A DNA stretch of 64,000 nucleotides from Planctomycetota bacterium (GCA_038231435.1 JBBRLJ010000005.1:69900-133899); one strand, 5' to 3'; positions 1 through 10,840 are shown, numbered from the stretch's first letter. Translations and numbers: made by a program. Notes: generated by a model from the letters alone, not told the origin.

Positions 1-1
1 C

Positions 2-2128
2 GAGGCGATCCACGTTGCGGCGGCCGACAAACGCGTGGGCGTGGTGGTGGGAGGGGGCCTGCTCGGCCTCGAGGCGGCCAACGCCCTGTCGCAGCTCGGC
101 CTGAAGACCCACGTGGTCGAATTCGCGCCGCGCCTGATGGCGGTGCAGATCGACGACGCCGGTGGCGCGATCCTGCGGCGCAAGATCGAGTCGCTCGGCG
201 TATCGGTCCACACCTCCAAGAGCACCGCCGAGATCGCCGCGGGCGCCGAGGGACGCGGGCTCAAACTGGTGTTCGCCGACAAGAGCGAGTTGCCCACCGA
301 CCTGGTGGTGTTCTCGGCCGGCATCCGTCCGCGCGACGAGCTGGCGCGCGCCAGCGGCCTGACCGTGGGCGAGCGTGGCGGCATCGCTATCGACGCTTCC
401 TGCCGCACCTCGGATCCGGCGATCTCGGCGATCGGCGAGTGCGCGCTGTGGCAGAACCGCATCTACGGCCTGGTCGCGCCCGGTTACCACATGGCTCGGG
501 TGGTCGCCGACGATCTGGCCGAGGCCGGCCAGCCGGCCAGCTTCTCGGGCTTCGACATGAGCACCAAGCTCAAGCTCATGGGCGTGGACGTCGCCAGCTT
601 CGGCGACGCCCACGGCGCCACCCCTGGATCGCACAGCGTGCACTTCGCCGACACCGCGGCGGAGACCTACAAGAAGCTGGTGCTCTCGCCCGACCGCAAG
701 CGCCTGCTCGGCGGCGTGCTGATCGGAGACGCTACGGCGTACAGCCAGCTGCTGCAGATGACGCTCAATGCCCTGGCGATGCCCGACAAGCCAGAGGAGC
801 TGATCCTGCCCGCGCGCTCCGGCGCTTCTGGCGGCAAGCCGGCCGGACTACGCGTCGCCGATCTGCCCGACGCGGCGATGATCTGCTCGTGCCACAACGT
901 CGCCAAGCACACCATCTGCGGCGCTGTCCAGGATGGTCGCTTCACCGAGCTCGGCCAGATCAAGGCCTGCACCAAGGCCGGAACCGGCTGCGGCTCGTGC
1001 GTGCCGCTGCTCAAGGAGCTGCTCGACGACGGCATGGCCAAGGCCGGTCTCGAGGTCAGCCATGCGCTCTGCGAGCACTTCGACCAGTCGCGCCAGCAGC
1101 TCTACCACCTGGTGCGCGTGCATGGAATCCGTTCGTTCGCTGATCTGATCGCACGCCACGGCCGCGGCCGTGGCTGCGCGGTGTGCAAACCGGCGGTGGG
1201 GTCGATCCTGGCCTCGGCCTGGAACGAGCACGTGCTCGAGCCCAGCCACGCGCACCTGCAGGACACCAACGATCGCTTCCTCGCCAACATCCAGCGCGAC
1301 GGCACCTACTCCGTCGTCCCCCGCGTTCCGGGCGGCGAGATCACGCCCGACCAGCTGATCGCGCTTGGCCAGGTGGCGAAGAAGTACCGCCTCTACACCA
1401 AGATCACCGGAGGCCAACGCGTCGACCTGTTCGGTGCCCGGGTTTCGGAACTGCCGCCGATCTGGGAGGAGCTGATCGCCGCCGGATTCGAATCCGGGCA
1501 CGCCTACGGCAAGGCGCTGCGCACGGTGAAGTCGTGCGTCGGCTCCACCTGGTGCCGCTATGGCGTGCAGGATGCGGTAGGTCTCGCGATCAGGCTCGAG
1601 AATCGCTACAAGGGCTTGCGCAGCCCGCACAAGCTCAAGTCCGCCTGCTCGGGCTGCGCGCGCGAATGCGCCGAGGCCCAATCGAAGGACTTCGGGATCA
1701 TCGCCACCGAGCGCGGCTACAACCTGCACCTGTGCGGCAACGGCGGCATGAAGCCACAGCACGGCGTGCTCTTCGCCAGCGATCTGGACGAGGAACGGGC
1801 GATCCGCTACCTCGACCGCTTCCTGATGTTCTACATCCGCACCGCCGACCGCCTCGAGCGCACGGCGACCTGGTTCAACAAGCTCGAGGGCGGCATCGAC
1901 TACCTGCGCGCGGTGATCATCGACGACTCGCTGGGCATCGCCGCCGAGCTCGAGGCCGAGATGACGGGCATCGTCGCCACCTACCAGGACGAGTGGCGGA
2001 CGGTGGTGATGGATCCGGCCAAGCGCGCGCGCTTCCGCACCTTCGTAAACAGCGACGCCGCCGATGCCTCGATCGCCACCGTGCTCGAGCGCGGGCAGCC
2101 GCGTCCGCGTGAGACCGTCTCGGCCTGA
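2..2128 (+). CDS. nirB: NAD(P)H-dependent nitrite reductase large subunit, 5'-truncated by the window edge
   Basis: GGGLLGLE nucleotide-binding motif, two BFD-like clusters (CSC...CGSC; C...CAVC), RTVKSCVGSTWC and SGCARECAE siroheme/4Fe-4S motifs; frame is open from position 2. Confidence 0.96.
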   Translation, partial: EAIHVAAADKRVGVVVGGGLLGLEAANALSQLGLKTHVVEFAPRLMAVQIDDAGGAILRRKIESLGVSVHTSKSTAEIAAGAEGRGLKLVFADKSELPTDLVVFSAGIRPRDELARASGLTVGERGGIAIDASCRTSDPAISAIGECALWQNRIYGLVAPGYHMARVVADDLAEAGQPASFSGFDMSTKLKLMGVDVASFGDAHGATPGSHSVHFADTAAETYKKLVLSPDRKRLLGGVLIGDATAYSQLLQMTLNALAMPDKPEELILPARSGASGGKPAGLRVADLPDAAMICSCHNVAKHTICGAVQDGRFTELGQIKACTKAGTGCGSCVPLLKELLDDGMAKAGLEVSHALCEHFDQSRQQLYHLVRVHGIRSFADLIARHGRGRGCAVCKPAVGSILASAWNEHVLEPSHAHLQDTNDRFLANIQRDGTYSVVPRVPGGEITPDQLIALGQVAKKYRLYTKITGGQRVDLFGARVSELPPIWEELIAAGFESGHAYGKALRTVKSCVGSTWCRYGVQDAVGLAIRLENRYKGLRSPHKLKSACSGCARECAEAQSKDFGIIATERGYNLHLCGNGGMKPQHGVLFASDLDEERAIRYLDRFLMFYIRTADRLERTATWFNKLEGGIDYLRAVIIDDSLGIAAELEAEMTGIVATYQDEWRTVVMDPAKRARFRTFVNSDAADASIATVLERGQPRPRETVSA

Positions 2129-2187
2129 TCCTCGATCACTGTGCATTCTTCCGCATCTCGACCGCCACGTCCGACCACGGAGCAACC

Positions 2188-2571
2188 ATGCCCGAAGCTC
2201 TCGCGATCTCCCCGGCCCCCCCTGCGAACCTGGGCGCGCCCGAGTGCCAGCAGTGGGAAGCCATCTGCCCGATGGAGCTGATCCATCCGGACACCGGCGT
2301 CGCCGCGCTCATCCGGGGACGCCAGGTGGCGGTGGTGCGCGTGGGCGAGGACCGGATCTACGCGCTCGACAACCTCGATCCGTTCAGCAACGCGATGGTG
2401 ATCGCGCGCGGCATCGTCGGCGACCGCGTCGGCGTGCCGATCATCGCCTCGCCGATCTACAAGCAGGCGTTCGATCTGCGCACCGGCGCCTGCCTCGATC
2501 AGCCCGGCGTGACCCTGATGACCTGGCCGGCGCGGGTGGTCGATGGGCGCGTCGAGATCAGCTTCTCCTGA
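2188..2571 (+). CDS. nirD: Nitrite reductase small subunit
   Basis: NLDPFSNA...IARGIVGD...ASPIYKQAFDLRTGAC pattern typical of NirD; directly after nirB; GGAG upstream. Confidence 0.93.
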   Translation: MPEALAISPAPPANLGAPECQQWEAICPMELIHPDTGVAALIRGRQVAVVRVGEDRIYALDNLDPFSNAMVIARGIVGDRVGVPIIASPIYKQAFDLRTGACLDQPGVTLMTWPARVVDGRVEISFS

Positions 2572-2603
2572 AACGCCTGAAACTCCTGGCAACGAGGCAC
2601 TGC

Positions 2604-3956
2604 ATGGATTCCACCCCATCCGTATCCGTCGCGAACGCCAACCCGGCGGAGGCAGCCTCGCCCGACTCGGCGGCCTCCGCCGCTGGAGCGCGGCGCATCC
2701 TTATCCTTTCGACCAGCGCGTTCACCCTGCTGTTCGCGGTGTGGCTGATGTTCGGCGTGCTCGGCATCGCCATCAAGAAGGAGTTCGCCCTGACGCCGGT
2801 GCAGTTCGGCTGGCTCACCGCGACCGCGATCCTCAGCGGCTCGCTGTTCCGTCTGCCGTTCGGCATCCTCACCGATCGCATCGGCGGCAGGCGGATGATG
2901 TCGGCGCTGCTGCTGGTCACCGCCATCCCCTGCGCCTGCGTCGGCTGGGCGCACAGCTACGCCCAGCTGCTCGGCCTGGCGTTGTGCTTCGGCATCGCGG
3001 GAAATTCATTCTCGCTCGGCATCGCCTGGAATTCGGCATGGTTCTCGCGCGAGCGCCAAGGCGTGGCGCTGGGCACCTTCGGCGCTGGCAACGTCGGCGC
3101 GTCGGTCACCAAGCTGATCGCGCCGCTGCTCATCGGCCTGATGCCCGCCGCCGGATTCCTCGGCGGCGCCATCCCGGGCGGTTGGCGCTTCGTGCCGGTG
3201 CTCTATTCCGTGCTGCTGGTCGCGATGGCGGTGGTGGTGTGGTGCCTCGCGCCGGCGCCGGATCGCCGACCCGGCGCCGGGCGGACGCTCTCCGCCATGC
3301 TCACGCCGCTGCGCGATCTGAGGGTCTGGCGCTTCGGCCTGTACTACATCGTGGTGTTCGGCGCCTACGTGGCGCTCTCGTTGTGGCTACCCAACTACTA
3401 CAAGGAGGTCTACGGCCTGCCGCTCGCGAGCTCGGCGCTGCTGACCACGCTCTTCATATTCCCCGCCAGCCTGCTGCGCCCGTTCGGCGGCTGGCTCTCC
3501 GACCGCTACGGCGCGCGGCCGGTGACCTACGCCACCTTCATCATCATGCTGCTCGCGAGCCTGCCGCTCGCGGCGCCGGCTTCGCTCTTCACGCTGGACG
3601 TGGTCGGCTTCACCGCGCTGGTGTGCGTGCTCGGCGTGGGCATGGGCGTCGGCAAGGCCTCGGTCTACCGCTACATCCCCGACTACTTCCCCGCCGACGT
3701 CGGGGCGGTGGGCGGACTGGTCGGAACCCTGGGCGCGCTGGGCGGATTCGTCCTGCCGCTGAGCTTCGGATACCTGCAGCAGGCGACCGGCCGGCCCCAG
3801 AGCTGCTTCATGGCCCTATCCTGCCTGATCGCGGTGAGCCTGCTGTGGCTGCATGCGGTAGTGCTCGGCATCCGGCGCGGTGAACGCACCATGACAGGAC
3901 TGGCTCTCGCACCGGGTGGCGTGCCGGCCGATCCCGCGAAAGCCGAAGCCGCCTGA
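2604..3956 (+). CDS. narK: MFS nitrate/nitrite transporter (NNP family)
   Basis: GxALGTFGAGNVG and GAVGGLVGTLGALGG nitrate signatures, RPFGGWLSDRYG, about 12 hydrophobic segments; start at ATG 2604 after GAGG. Confidence 0.9.
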   Translation: MDSTPSVSVANANPAEAASPDSAASAAGARRILILSTSAFTLLFAVWLMFGVLGIAIKKEFALTPVQFGWLTATAILSGSLFRLPFGILTDRIGGRRMMSALLLVTAIPCACVGWAHSYAQLLGLALCFGIAGNSFSLGIAWNSAWFSRERQGVALGTFGAGNVGASVTKLIAPLLIGLMPAAGFLGGAIPGGWRFVPVLYSVLLVAMAVVVWCLAPAPDRRPGAGRTLSAMLTPLRDLRVWRFGLYYIVVFGAYVALSLWLPNYYKEVYGLPLASSALLTTLFIFPASLLRPFGGWLSDRYGARPVTYATFIIMLLASLPLAAPASLFTLDVVGFTALVCVLGVGMGVGKASVYRYIPDYFPADVGAVGGLVGTLGALGGFVLPLSFGYLQQATGRPQSCFMALSCLIAVSLLWLHAVVLGIRRGERTMTGLALAPGGVPADPAKAEAA

Positions 3957-6900
3957 TGCCGCCCCGGACGATACGCCCGACCGAGGCCGTGAAGTCCATC
4001 TGCTGCTACTGCGGCACCGGCTGCGGTGTCGAGGTCAAGCGCGACGCGCGCGGGGCCCTCTCGCTGTCGGGCGATGAGAGCCATCCCACCAACCGCGGCA
4101 TGCTCTGCGCCAAGGGCAAGGCGTTGCTGCACGCAGCGCTCGCGCGAGACCAGCGCCTGCTCCAGCCGCAGGTGCGGCTCGACCGGGCGCGGCCATTCGG
4201 GCGCGCCAGCTGGGAGGCGTCGCTCGCGCACATCGCCTCCACCTTCAAGCGCATCATCGCCGAGCATGGTCCGGACGCGGTGGGCTTCTACTGCTCGGGT
4301 CAGATGCTCACCGAGGAGTACTACGTCATCAACAAGCTGGTGAAGGGCTTCATCGGCACCAACAACCTCGACACCAACTCGCGCCTGTGCATGTCCTCGG
4401 CGGTGGCTGGCTATAAACAGACGCTCGGCTCAGACAGCCCGCCGATCGCCTACGACGACATCGAGCACTGTGACACCTTCCTGGTCGCGGGCGCGAATCC
4501 CGCCTGGGCGCATCCGATCATCTGGCGGCGCGTCGAGGCTCGGCGCGCGAGCGATCCGTCGGTGCGCATCGTGGTGATCGATCCCCGACGCACTGCGACC
4601 TGCGCGGTCGCGGACCTGCACCTGCAGATCATGCCCGGAACCGACGTGGCGATGCATCTGGGCCTTACTCGGCGCCTGCGCGACATCGGAGCGGTGGATG
4701 AGGCCTTCGTGCGCGATCACGCCGATGGCTGGAGCGAGCTCGAACGCGCGTGCGAGCCCTTCACGCTCGAGCGCACCGCAGAGCTGTGCGGCGTCGACGC
4801 CGCCGACATCGCCCAGGCCGCCGACTGGCTCGGCGGCGATCGGCGCTTCCTGTCGCTGTGGACGATGGGGCTGAACCAGAGCGCGGTCGGCGTCGACAAG
4901 AACGTCACGCTCATCAACCTCTCGCTGGTCACCGGCAAGATCGGCAGGCCGGGCTGCGGGCCGTTCAGCCTCACCGGGCAGCCCAACGCCATGGGCGGGC
5001 GCGAGGTCGGCGGGATGGCCAATCTCGCCTCGGGCCACCGCGATCTCGCCGATCCGGTGCACCGCGCCGAGATCGCCGCGCACTGGGGCGTGCCATCGGT
5101 GCCCGACAAGCCGGGGCTGACCGCGGTGGAGATGTTCCGCGCCCTGGCCGATGGCCGGCTCAAGGCGGTGTGGATCGTCGCCACCAATCCGGTCGAATCG
5201 CTGCCCGACGCGAGAGCGGTCGAGGCCGGGCTGGCGCGCGCCGAGCTGGTCGTGGTCCAGGACATCCATGCCACCGCGACCGCCGCCCACGCGCACGTGC
5301 TGCTGCCCGCCGCGACCTGGCTCGAGAAGACCGGGACCATGACCAACTCGGAGCGGCGCGTCTCGCTGCTCGGAAGGCTGCTCGACCCGCCCGGGGAGTG
5401 CCTGCCCGACAGCCGCATCTTTACGCGATTCGCCGAGGCGATGGGCTGGGGCGCCTCCTTCGCGTACCGTGACGAGGCGGAGATCTTCGCCGAGCACGCT
5501 GCGCTGACGCGCGGACGCGACTGCGACATCGGCGGACTGTCGCACCGCCGCCTGATCGAGGCCGGCGGGCTGCAGTGGCCGGTGCCCACCGATGAGCATC
5601 CCGGCACGCCGCGCCTGTTCGCCGATGGCCGCTTCCGCACCCCGGACGGGCGGGCGCGCCTGCGCTCGCCGGCCTTCGTCGACCCCGCCGGCGGCGCCAG
5701 CGGATCCGACCGGCTCTCCGCCGAGCTGCCACTGGTGCTGACCACTGGCCGCCTGCGCGATCAATGGCACACCCAGACCAAGACCGGCAAGGTCGCGAAG
5801 CTGCGCGAGCACGCGCCGCATCCGCGCTGCGAGATCCATCCAGCCGACGCCGAGGCGCGCGGCATCCGTGACGGCGACGTGGTGGTGGTCGCGAACGGGC
5901 GCGGCGAGGTCCAGGTGCTGGCCGAGGTCACCGACGCGATCAGGCGGGGCGTGGTCTTCCTGGCCATGCACTGGGGCAAGGCCAACGCCGGGGAACGCGG
6001 CCGCACCAACACCCTCACCAGTCCTGCGCTCGATCCGGTGTCGCGCGAGCCCGATCTGAAATACGCGGCAGTGCAGGTGCGCCGCCACCAGCCGGCCAGG
6101 CGGCGCATCGTCATCGTGGGCGGCGGCGCGGCGGCGCGCGCCTTCGTCGAGCGGCACCGCGCGAATGGCAGCACCGATGCGATCACCATCCTCGGCGAGG
6201 AGCGCGACCCGATCTACAACCGCGTGCTGCTGCCGCACCTGATCGGCGGCGACACCGATTTCGCGGGCATGGTCACCATGACCAGCCCGCAGCTCGCCGA
6301 ACGCGGCGTCGACTTCCGCGCTGGCACCACGGTCACGCGCATCGACCGGGCGAGCAAGCAGGTCGTTGACGCCCAGGGGGGGCGCTATCCCTACGACGTG
6401 CTGGTGCTCGCCACCGGCAGCCGCGCGGCGAAGCACTACCAGGGCCCGGTGCCGCGCTCGGGCGTCCACAGCCTACGCAAGCGCGGCGACGCCGAGGCGA
6501 TCCGCGCCCGGGCCGGACCTGGCCGCCACGCCATCATCGTCGGCGCCGGGCTGCTCGGCCTCGAGCTCGCCGACGCGCTCGCGCGCATCGGTACGCGGGT
6601 CACGGTGCTCCAGCGCAGCGACCGTCTGATGGGCAAGCAGCTCGACGCCAAGGCATCGGGCTATCTCAACCAGGCCATGAAGGAACGGGGCGTGGACATC
6701 CGCTTCAAGGCGGATGTCGAAGAACTGCTCGGCTCGGTGCGGGTCGAAGGCGTGCGCTTGAAGGGCGGCGCCGAGCTGGCGTGCGACCTGGTGATCTTCG
6801 CCACCGGCACGGTGCCCAACGCCGAGCTCGCGCGTGTGGCGGTGCTGCAGTGCTCCGACGGCGTGATCGTCGACGAGCACATGCGCACCTCCGATCCGGC

Positions 6901-7552
6901 GATCCACGCCATCGGCGAGGTCGCCGAATTCCGCGGCAACACCGCCGGCACAACCGCGGCGGCAGAGGAGCAGGCCCGACAGCTCGCCGAATCATTGCGC
7001 GGGAATCTCCACGCCCGCTACCGCGGCCCGGTGAACAGCAGCGTCCTCAAGGTCGAGGGTCTCAGCCTTGCGGCGATCGGACTGTCCGAGGCCGGCCCGG
7101 GCATGAGCGAGGTGGTGCTCGACGACCCGGCGCTGGGGATCTACCACAAGTGCGTGATCAAGGACGATCGTCTGGTCGGGGTGATCATGTACGGCGATAC
7201 CGACCGATTCGCGGACTACCGCGAGCTGGTCGCGAAGGGCATCGAGCTGGACGACCTGCGCCCCACGCTGCTGCGGCCTTCCGCCGGCGCGCGCGCGGTC
7301 GAAGGCCGCCTGGTATGCAGCTGCAACCAGGTCGGCGAGACCACCATCATCCGCGCCATCGGCGAGGCCGCCGCCAAGGGCGCCTGCGATCTGTCGGCGG
7401 TGTGCGCGAGCACCCGCGCCGGCACCTCGTGCGGCAGCTGCCGGCCCGAGATTTCGCAGCTGATCCAGCGGATGGGAAGTCCCCGGACGCGAACGGACGC
7501 ACTCGCGGAGATCCCCGCCGCGGAGCCGACCGCGGAGGAGGCGATCGCCTGA
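3956..7552 (+). CDS. nasA: Assimilatory nitrate reductase (Mo-bis-MGD) fused to a C-terminal FAD/NADH oxidoreductase and BFD-like 2Fe-2S domain
   Basis: CCYCGTGC 4Fe-4S motif, DTNSRLCMSSA, GQPNAMGGRE, LTTGRLRDQWHT; then IVIVGGGAA, GAGLLGLE and a terminal CSC...CGSC; TGATG coupling to narK. Confidence 0.92.
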   Translation: MPPRTIRPTEAVKSICCYCGTGCGVEVKRDARGALSLSGDESHPTNRGMLCAKGKALLHAALARDQRLLQPQVRLDRARPFGRASWEASLAHIASTFKRIIAEHGPDAVGFYCSGQMLTEEYYVINKLVKGFIGTNNLDTNSRLCMSSAVAGYKQTLGSDSPPIAYDDIEHCDTFLVAGANPAWAHPIIWRRVEARRASDPSVRIVVIDPRRTATCAVADLHLQIMPGTDVAMHLGLTRRLRDIGAVDEAFVRDHADGWSELERACEPFTLERTAELCGVDAADIAQAADWLGGDRRFLSLWTMGLNQSAVGVDKNVTLINLSLVTGKIGRPGCGPFSLTGQPNAMGGREVGGMANLASGHRDLADPVHRAEIAAHWGVPSVPDKPGLTAVEMFRALADGRLKAVWIVATNPVESLPDARAVEAGLARAELVVVQDIHATATAAHAHVLLPAATWLEKTGTMTNSERRVSLLGRLLDPPGECLPDSRIFTRFAEAMGWGASFAYRDEAEIFAEHAALTRGRDCDIGGLSHRRLIEAGGLQWPVPTDEHPGTPRLFADGRFRTPDGRARLRSPAFVDPAGGASGSDRLSAELPLVLTTGRLRDQWHTQTKTGKVAKLREHAPHPRCEIHPADAEARGIRDGDVVVVANGRGEVQVLAEVTDAIRRGVVFLAMHWGKANAGERGRTNTLTSPALDPVSREPDLKYAAVQVRRHQPARRRIVIVGGGAAARAFVERHRANGSTDAITILGEERDPIYNRVLLPHLIGGDTDFAGMVTMTSPQLAERGVDFRAGTTVTRIDRASKQVVDAQGGRYPYDVLVLATGSRAAKHYQGPVPRSGVHSLRKRGDAEAIRARAGPGRHAIIVGAGLLGLELADALARIGTRVTVLQRSDRLMGKQLDAKASGYLNQAMKERGVDIRFKADVEELLGSVRVEGVRLKGGAELACDLVIFATGTVPNAELARVAVLQCSDGVIVDEHMRTSDPAIHAIGEVAEFRGNTAGTTAAAEEQARQLAESLRGNLHARYRGPVNSSVLKVEGLSLAAIGLSEAGPGMSEVVLDDPALGIYHKCVIKDDRLVGVIMYGDTDRFADYRELVAKGIELDDLRPTLLRPSAGARAVEGRLVCSCNQVGETTIIRAIGEAAAKGACDLSAVCASTRAGTSCGSCRPEISQLIQRMGSPRTRTDALAEIPAAEPTAEEAIA

Positions 7553-7621
7553 ACGAGGAGGAAGAGGCGGAGGAGGATGTGTACCGTCAAGAACCCGGCC
7601 CATGCCATCTACGCATTACGA

Positions 7622-7653
7622 CAGATCCCGGCGCGGCGGCGCGCGGGGATCTG
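7622..7653. terminator. Hairpin between convergent genes
   Basis: CAGATCCC...GGGATCTG stem between the nitrate reductase and RND stops; no U-tract. Confidence 0.35.
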
Positions 7654-7669
7654 AGTGCCGATGGACCTG

Positions 7670-10600
7670 TCAGACTGGCGATCGGCCTGAAGGGGACGAG
7701 GCGAGTGGCTGGGACTCGGACGGAGCCGGCGACTCGCGCCTCGAGCGGCTCAGCGCGCGCTGGAGATGGTCGAGGTAGATGTAGACGACCGGCGTGATGT
7801 AGAGCGTGATCAGCTGCGAAAACAGCAGGCCGCCGACCACCGCCAAGCCGAGCGCGTGCCGCGAGTTCGATACCGTGCCCAGGCCGATGGCGAGCGGCAG
7901 CGTCCCCATCAGCGCCGCCATGGTCGTCATCATGATCGGGCGGAAGCGCACGATGCAGCCCTGGTAGATGGCTTCCTCGGCGGATTTCTTCTCCTCGTGC
8001 TGGATCTGCAACGCGAAATCGATCATCATGATCGCGTTCTTCTTGACGATGCCGATGAGCATGATGATGCCGACGAAAGCATAGATGTTCAGATCCACTT
8101 TGAAGAGCAAGAGGGTGCCGAGCGCGCCGATGCCTGCCGAGGGCAGCCCGGACAGGATGGTGATCGGATGCACGAAGCTCTCGTAGAGGATGCCCAGGAT
8201 CATGTAGATGACCCCGATGGCGACGAACACCAGCACCAGCATGCCGGCAAAGGAGGACTGGAACGCCTGCGCCGATCCCTGGAACGAACCCGTGATGGTG
8301 CGTGGGAGCTCCGATCGCGCGAGTTGTCCGATGGAGTCGACCACCGTTCCGACCGAGGCGCCCTGCGACAGGTTGAACGAGATCGTCACCGCAGGCAGCT
8401 GACCCTGGTGGTTGATGGTCAGCGGACCCACGCCGCGCGAGAGCTTCGACACCGCGCTGATCGGCACCAGGCCGCCGGGCGAAGCCGATGCTCCCGACGA
8501 GGCCTTGGCGCCTTGCGGCTGCGTGCTCGGGCGGACATACAGCGTGGACAACGCCGCCGGATCCATCTGGTGGCGCGGGTCGAGCTCCAGGATCACCCAG
8601 TATTCGTCGGTATCGGTATAGATGGTGGAGGCCTGATTCGCGCCGAAGGCGTCGGCGAGCGTGGACTCGATCTGCTGGGCGCTGATGTTCAGCTCCGCGG
8701 CCTTGTCGCGGTCGATCTCGATGCGGATGCGCGGGCTCTTCAGCTGGAGATCGGTCGAGACGTCGATGATTCCGGGGATTGCTCGGAACTTGCCCTCCAT
8801 CTCGGCGGCCACGCGGTACAACTCGTCGCGATCCGACCCTTGCATGGTGTACTGGTACTGGCCGTTGCCGGTCCGGCCGCCGATGTTGATCGGTGGCGGA
8901 TTCGAGAAGAACGCTCGCAGTCCCGGCAGGCCGGCGGTGGATTTGCGTAGCTGGTCGATCACCTCCTCGGGCGTGGCCTTGCGCTCGTACTGGTCCTTCA
9001 GGCGGATGAAGGCAAACCCCTGGTTGCTGGTGCCGCCGGCGCCGGCCACCGACATGTACGCGGCCACGTTCGCATTGGCACCGATGATCTCGGCGATGCG
9101 GAACTGGTTCTTGGACATGTCCTCGAACGAGATGTCCTGCGCCGCCTGGGTGCGCCCATTGAGCTGGCCGGTGTCCTCGTTGGGGATGAACCCCTTGGGG
9201 ATGATCGTGAACAGCCAGACGGTGACGCCGATGGTGGCGAAGCAGAGGATCAGCACCAGCAGGCGCAGCTTGAGCGCTACGCGCAGCGAATGCTCGTAGG
9301 CCCAGAGCATGCCGGTGAACATCCGCTCGGTGATGCGGTAGGCGAGGTTGTGCCGTTCGCGCGGTGGTCGCAGGAAGCGGCTGCAGAGCATTGGCGTCAA
9401 GGTCAGGGAGATGAAGCCGGAGATGAGGATCGACACCGCGATGGTCACGGCGAACTCGCGGAACAGGCGCCCGACGATGCCGCCCATGAACAGGAGCGGG
9501 ATGAACACCGCGGTGAGCGACAGGGTCATCGACAGCACGGTGAAGCCGATCTGCTTCGAGCCCTTCAGCGCGGCCTCCTGGACGGTCTCGCCGTGCTCCA
9601 TGCGACGCACGATGTTCTCGAGCATCACGATCGCGTCGTCGACGACGAAACCGGTGGCCAGGGTCAACGCCATCAGGGACAGGTTGTCGAGGTTGTAGCC
9701 GAGCATGCGCATCACGGCGAAGGTGCCGATCACCGACATCGGCAACGACAGGCTGGGAATCAGCGTGGCCCTGCCGTTGCGTAGGAACGCGAATATCACC
9801 AGCACCACCAGGATGCCGGTGAGCAGCAGCGTGCGCTTGACGTCGCTGACCGACGAGCGGATCGACACCGAGCGGTCGAAGAGCAGATCGAGTTTCAGCG
9901 AGGCCGGCAGCTGGGCCTGGAAACGCGGGATCAGCGCCTTGATGGAGTCAACGACCGCGACGGTGTTGACTCCGGGTTGTCGCTGGACGGCGAGCACCAC
10001 CGAGCGCGTTCCATTGAACCAGTTGGCGACCTTGTCGTTCTGCACTCCATCGACGACCTGTCCGATCTGCTCCAGCCGGATCGGAGCCCCATTGCGGTAG
10101 GCGACGACGAGCGAGCGAAACGCCGCGGCGTCGTCGAGCTGTCCGCTCGCGAGCACGGTGAACGCCTGGTGGTGCCCGTTGAGCGTGCCGGTGGGCAGGT
10201 TCACGTTGCTCTGCTGGATGGCTTGGTGGACGTCCGCGAGGGTGATGCCGCGCGCCGCCATCGCCGCTGGATCCACCTGCACGCGCACCGCGTACTTCTG
10301 CGAGCCGTACACCACCACCTGCGCCACCCCGTCGACCATCGAGATGCGCTGGGCCATCATGCTCTCGCCGTACTCGTCGACCGTCGACAGCGGCAAGGTC
10401 TCCGAATGCAGGGCCAGGTAGAGGACGGGAGCATCGGCGGGGTTGACCTTGCGGTAAGTCGGCGGCGTCGGCATGCCCGGAGGCAGCTGGCGCTGCGCCG
10501 CCGCGATCGCCGTCTGCACATCCTGCGCCGCGGCGTCGATGCTGCGGTTGAGGTTGAACTGCAGCGTCACCTGTGTGCTGCCGAGCGAGCTCGTCGAGGT

Positions 10601-10840
10601 CATCGAATCGATGCCTGCGATGGTGGAGAACTGCCGTTCGAGCGGCGTGGCCACCGCCGCCGCCATGGTCTCGGGGTTCGCTCCGGGCAGGCCGGCGCTC
10701 ACCTGGATGGTGGGGAAGTCGACGCTCGGCAGGTCGCTGACCGGGAGCTGGAGGTAGCCCATCACGCCGAAGGCGAGGATCCCGAGCATAACCAGCGTGG
10801 TCATCACCGGGAGGCGGATGAAGAGGGCGGAGATGTTCAC
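7670..10840 (-). CDS. RND efflux permease (MdtB/MdtC-like, AcrB family)
   Basis: LPVSDLPSVDFPTIQV, GFVVDDAIVMLENI, GIVKKNAIMMIDFA, RFRPIMMTT; 1056 aa. Confidence 0.95.
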   Translation of the reverse strand: MNISALFIRLPVMTTLVMLGILAFGVMGYLQLPVSDLPSVDFPTIQVSAGLPGANPETMAAAVATPLERQFSTIAGIDSMTSTSSLGSTQVTLQFNLNRSIDAAAQDVQTAIAAAQRQLPPGMPTPPTYRKVNPADAPVLYLALHSETLPLSTVDEYGESMMAQRISMVDGVAQVVVYGSQKYAVRVQVDPAAMAARGITLADVHQAIQQSNVNLPTGTLNGHHQAFTVLASGQLDDAAAFRSLVVAYRNGAPIRLEQIGQVVDGVQNDKVANWFNGTRSVVLAVQRQPGVNTVAVVDSIKALIPRFQAQLPASLKLDLLFDRSVSIRSSVSDVKRTLLLTGILVVLVIFAFLRNGRATLIPSLSLPMSVIGTFAVMRMLGYNLDNLSLMALTLATGFVVDDAIVMLENIVRRMEHGETVQEAALKGSKQIGFTVLSMTLSLTAVFIPLLFMGGIVGRLFREFAVTIAVSILISGFISLTLTPMLCSRFLRPPRERHNLAYRITERMFTGMLWAYEHSLRVALKLRLLVLILCFATIGVTVWLFTIIPKGFIPNEDTGQLNGRTQAAQDISFEDMSKNQFRIAEIIGANANVAAYMSVAGAGGTSNQGFAFIRLKDQYERKATPEEVIDQLRKSTAGLPGLRAFFSNPPPINIGGRTGNGQYQYTMQGSDRDELYRVAAEMEGKFRAIPGIIDVSTDLQLKSPRIRIEIDRDKAAELNISAQQIESTLADAFGANQASTIYTDTDEYWVILELDPRHQMDPAALSTLYVRPSTQPQGAKASSGASASPGGLVPISAVSKLSRGVGPLTINHQGQLPAVTISFNLSQGASVGTVVDSIGQLARSELPRTITGSFQGSAQAFQSSFAGMLVLVFVAIGVIYMILGILYESFVHPITILSGLPSAGIGALGTLLLFKVDLNIYAFVGIIMLIGIVKKNAIMMIDFALQIQHEEKKSAEEAIYQGCIVRFRPIMMTTMAALMGTLPLAIGLGTVSNSRHALGLAVVGGLLFSQLITLYITPVVYIYLDHLQRALSRSRRESPAPSESQPLASSPSGRSPV

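Noticed and set aside
2188..2571. NirD lacks Rieske Cys/His ligands
   Set aside because: Normal for E. coli-type NirD
2064..2603. Long N-terminal extensions in the ORF track (also 20569, 29821, 41203, 44709, 52968, 58553)
   Set aside because: They overlap upstream genes; downstream starts with RBS or stop-start coupling fit better
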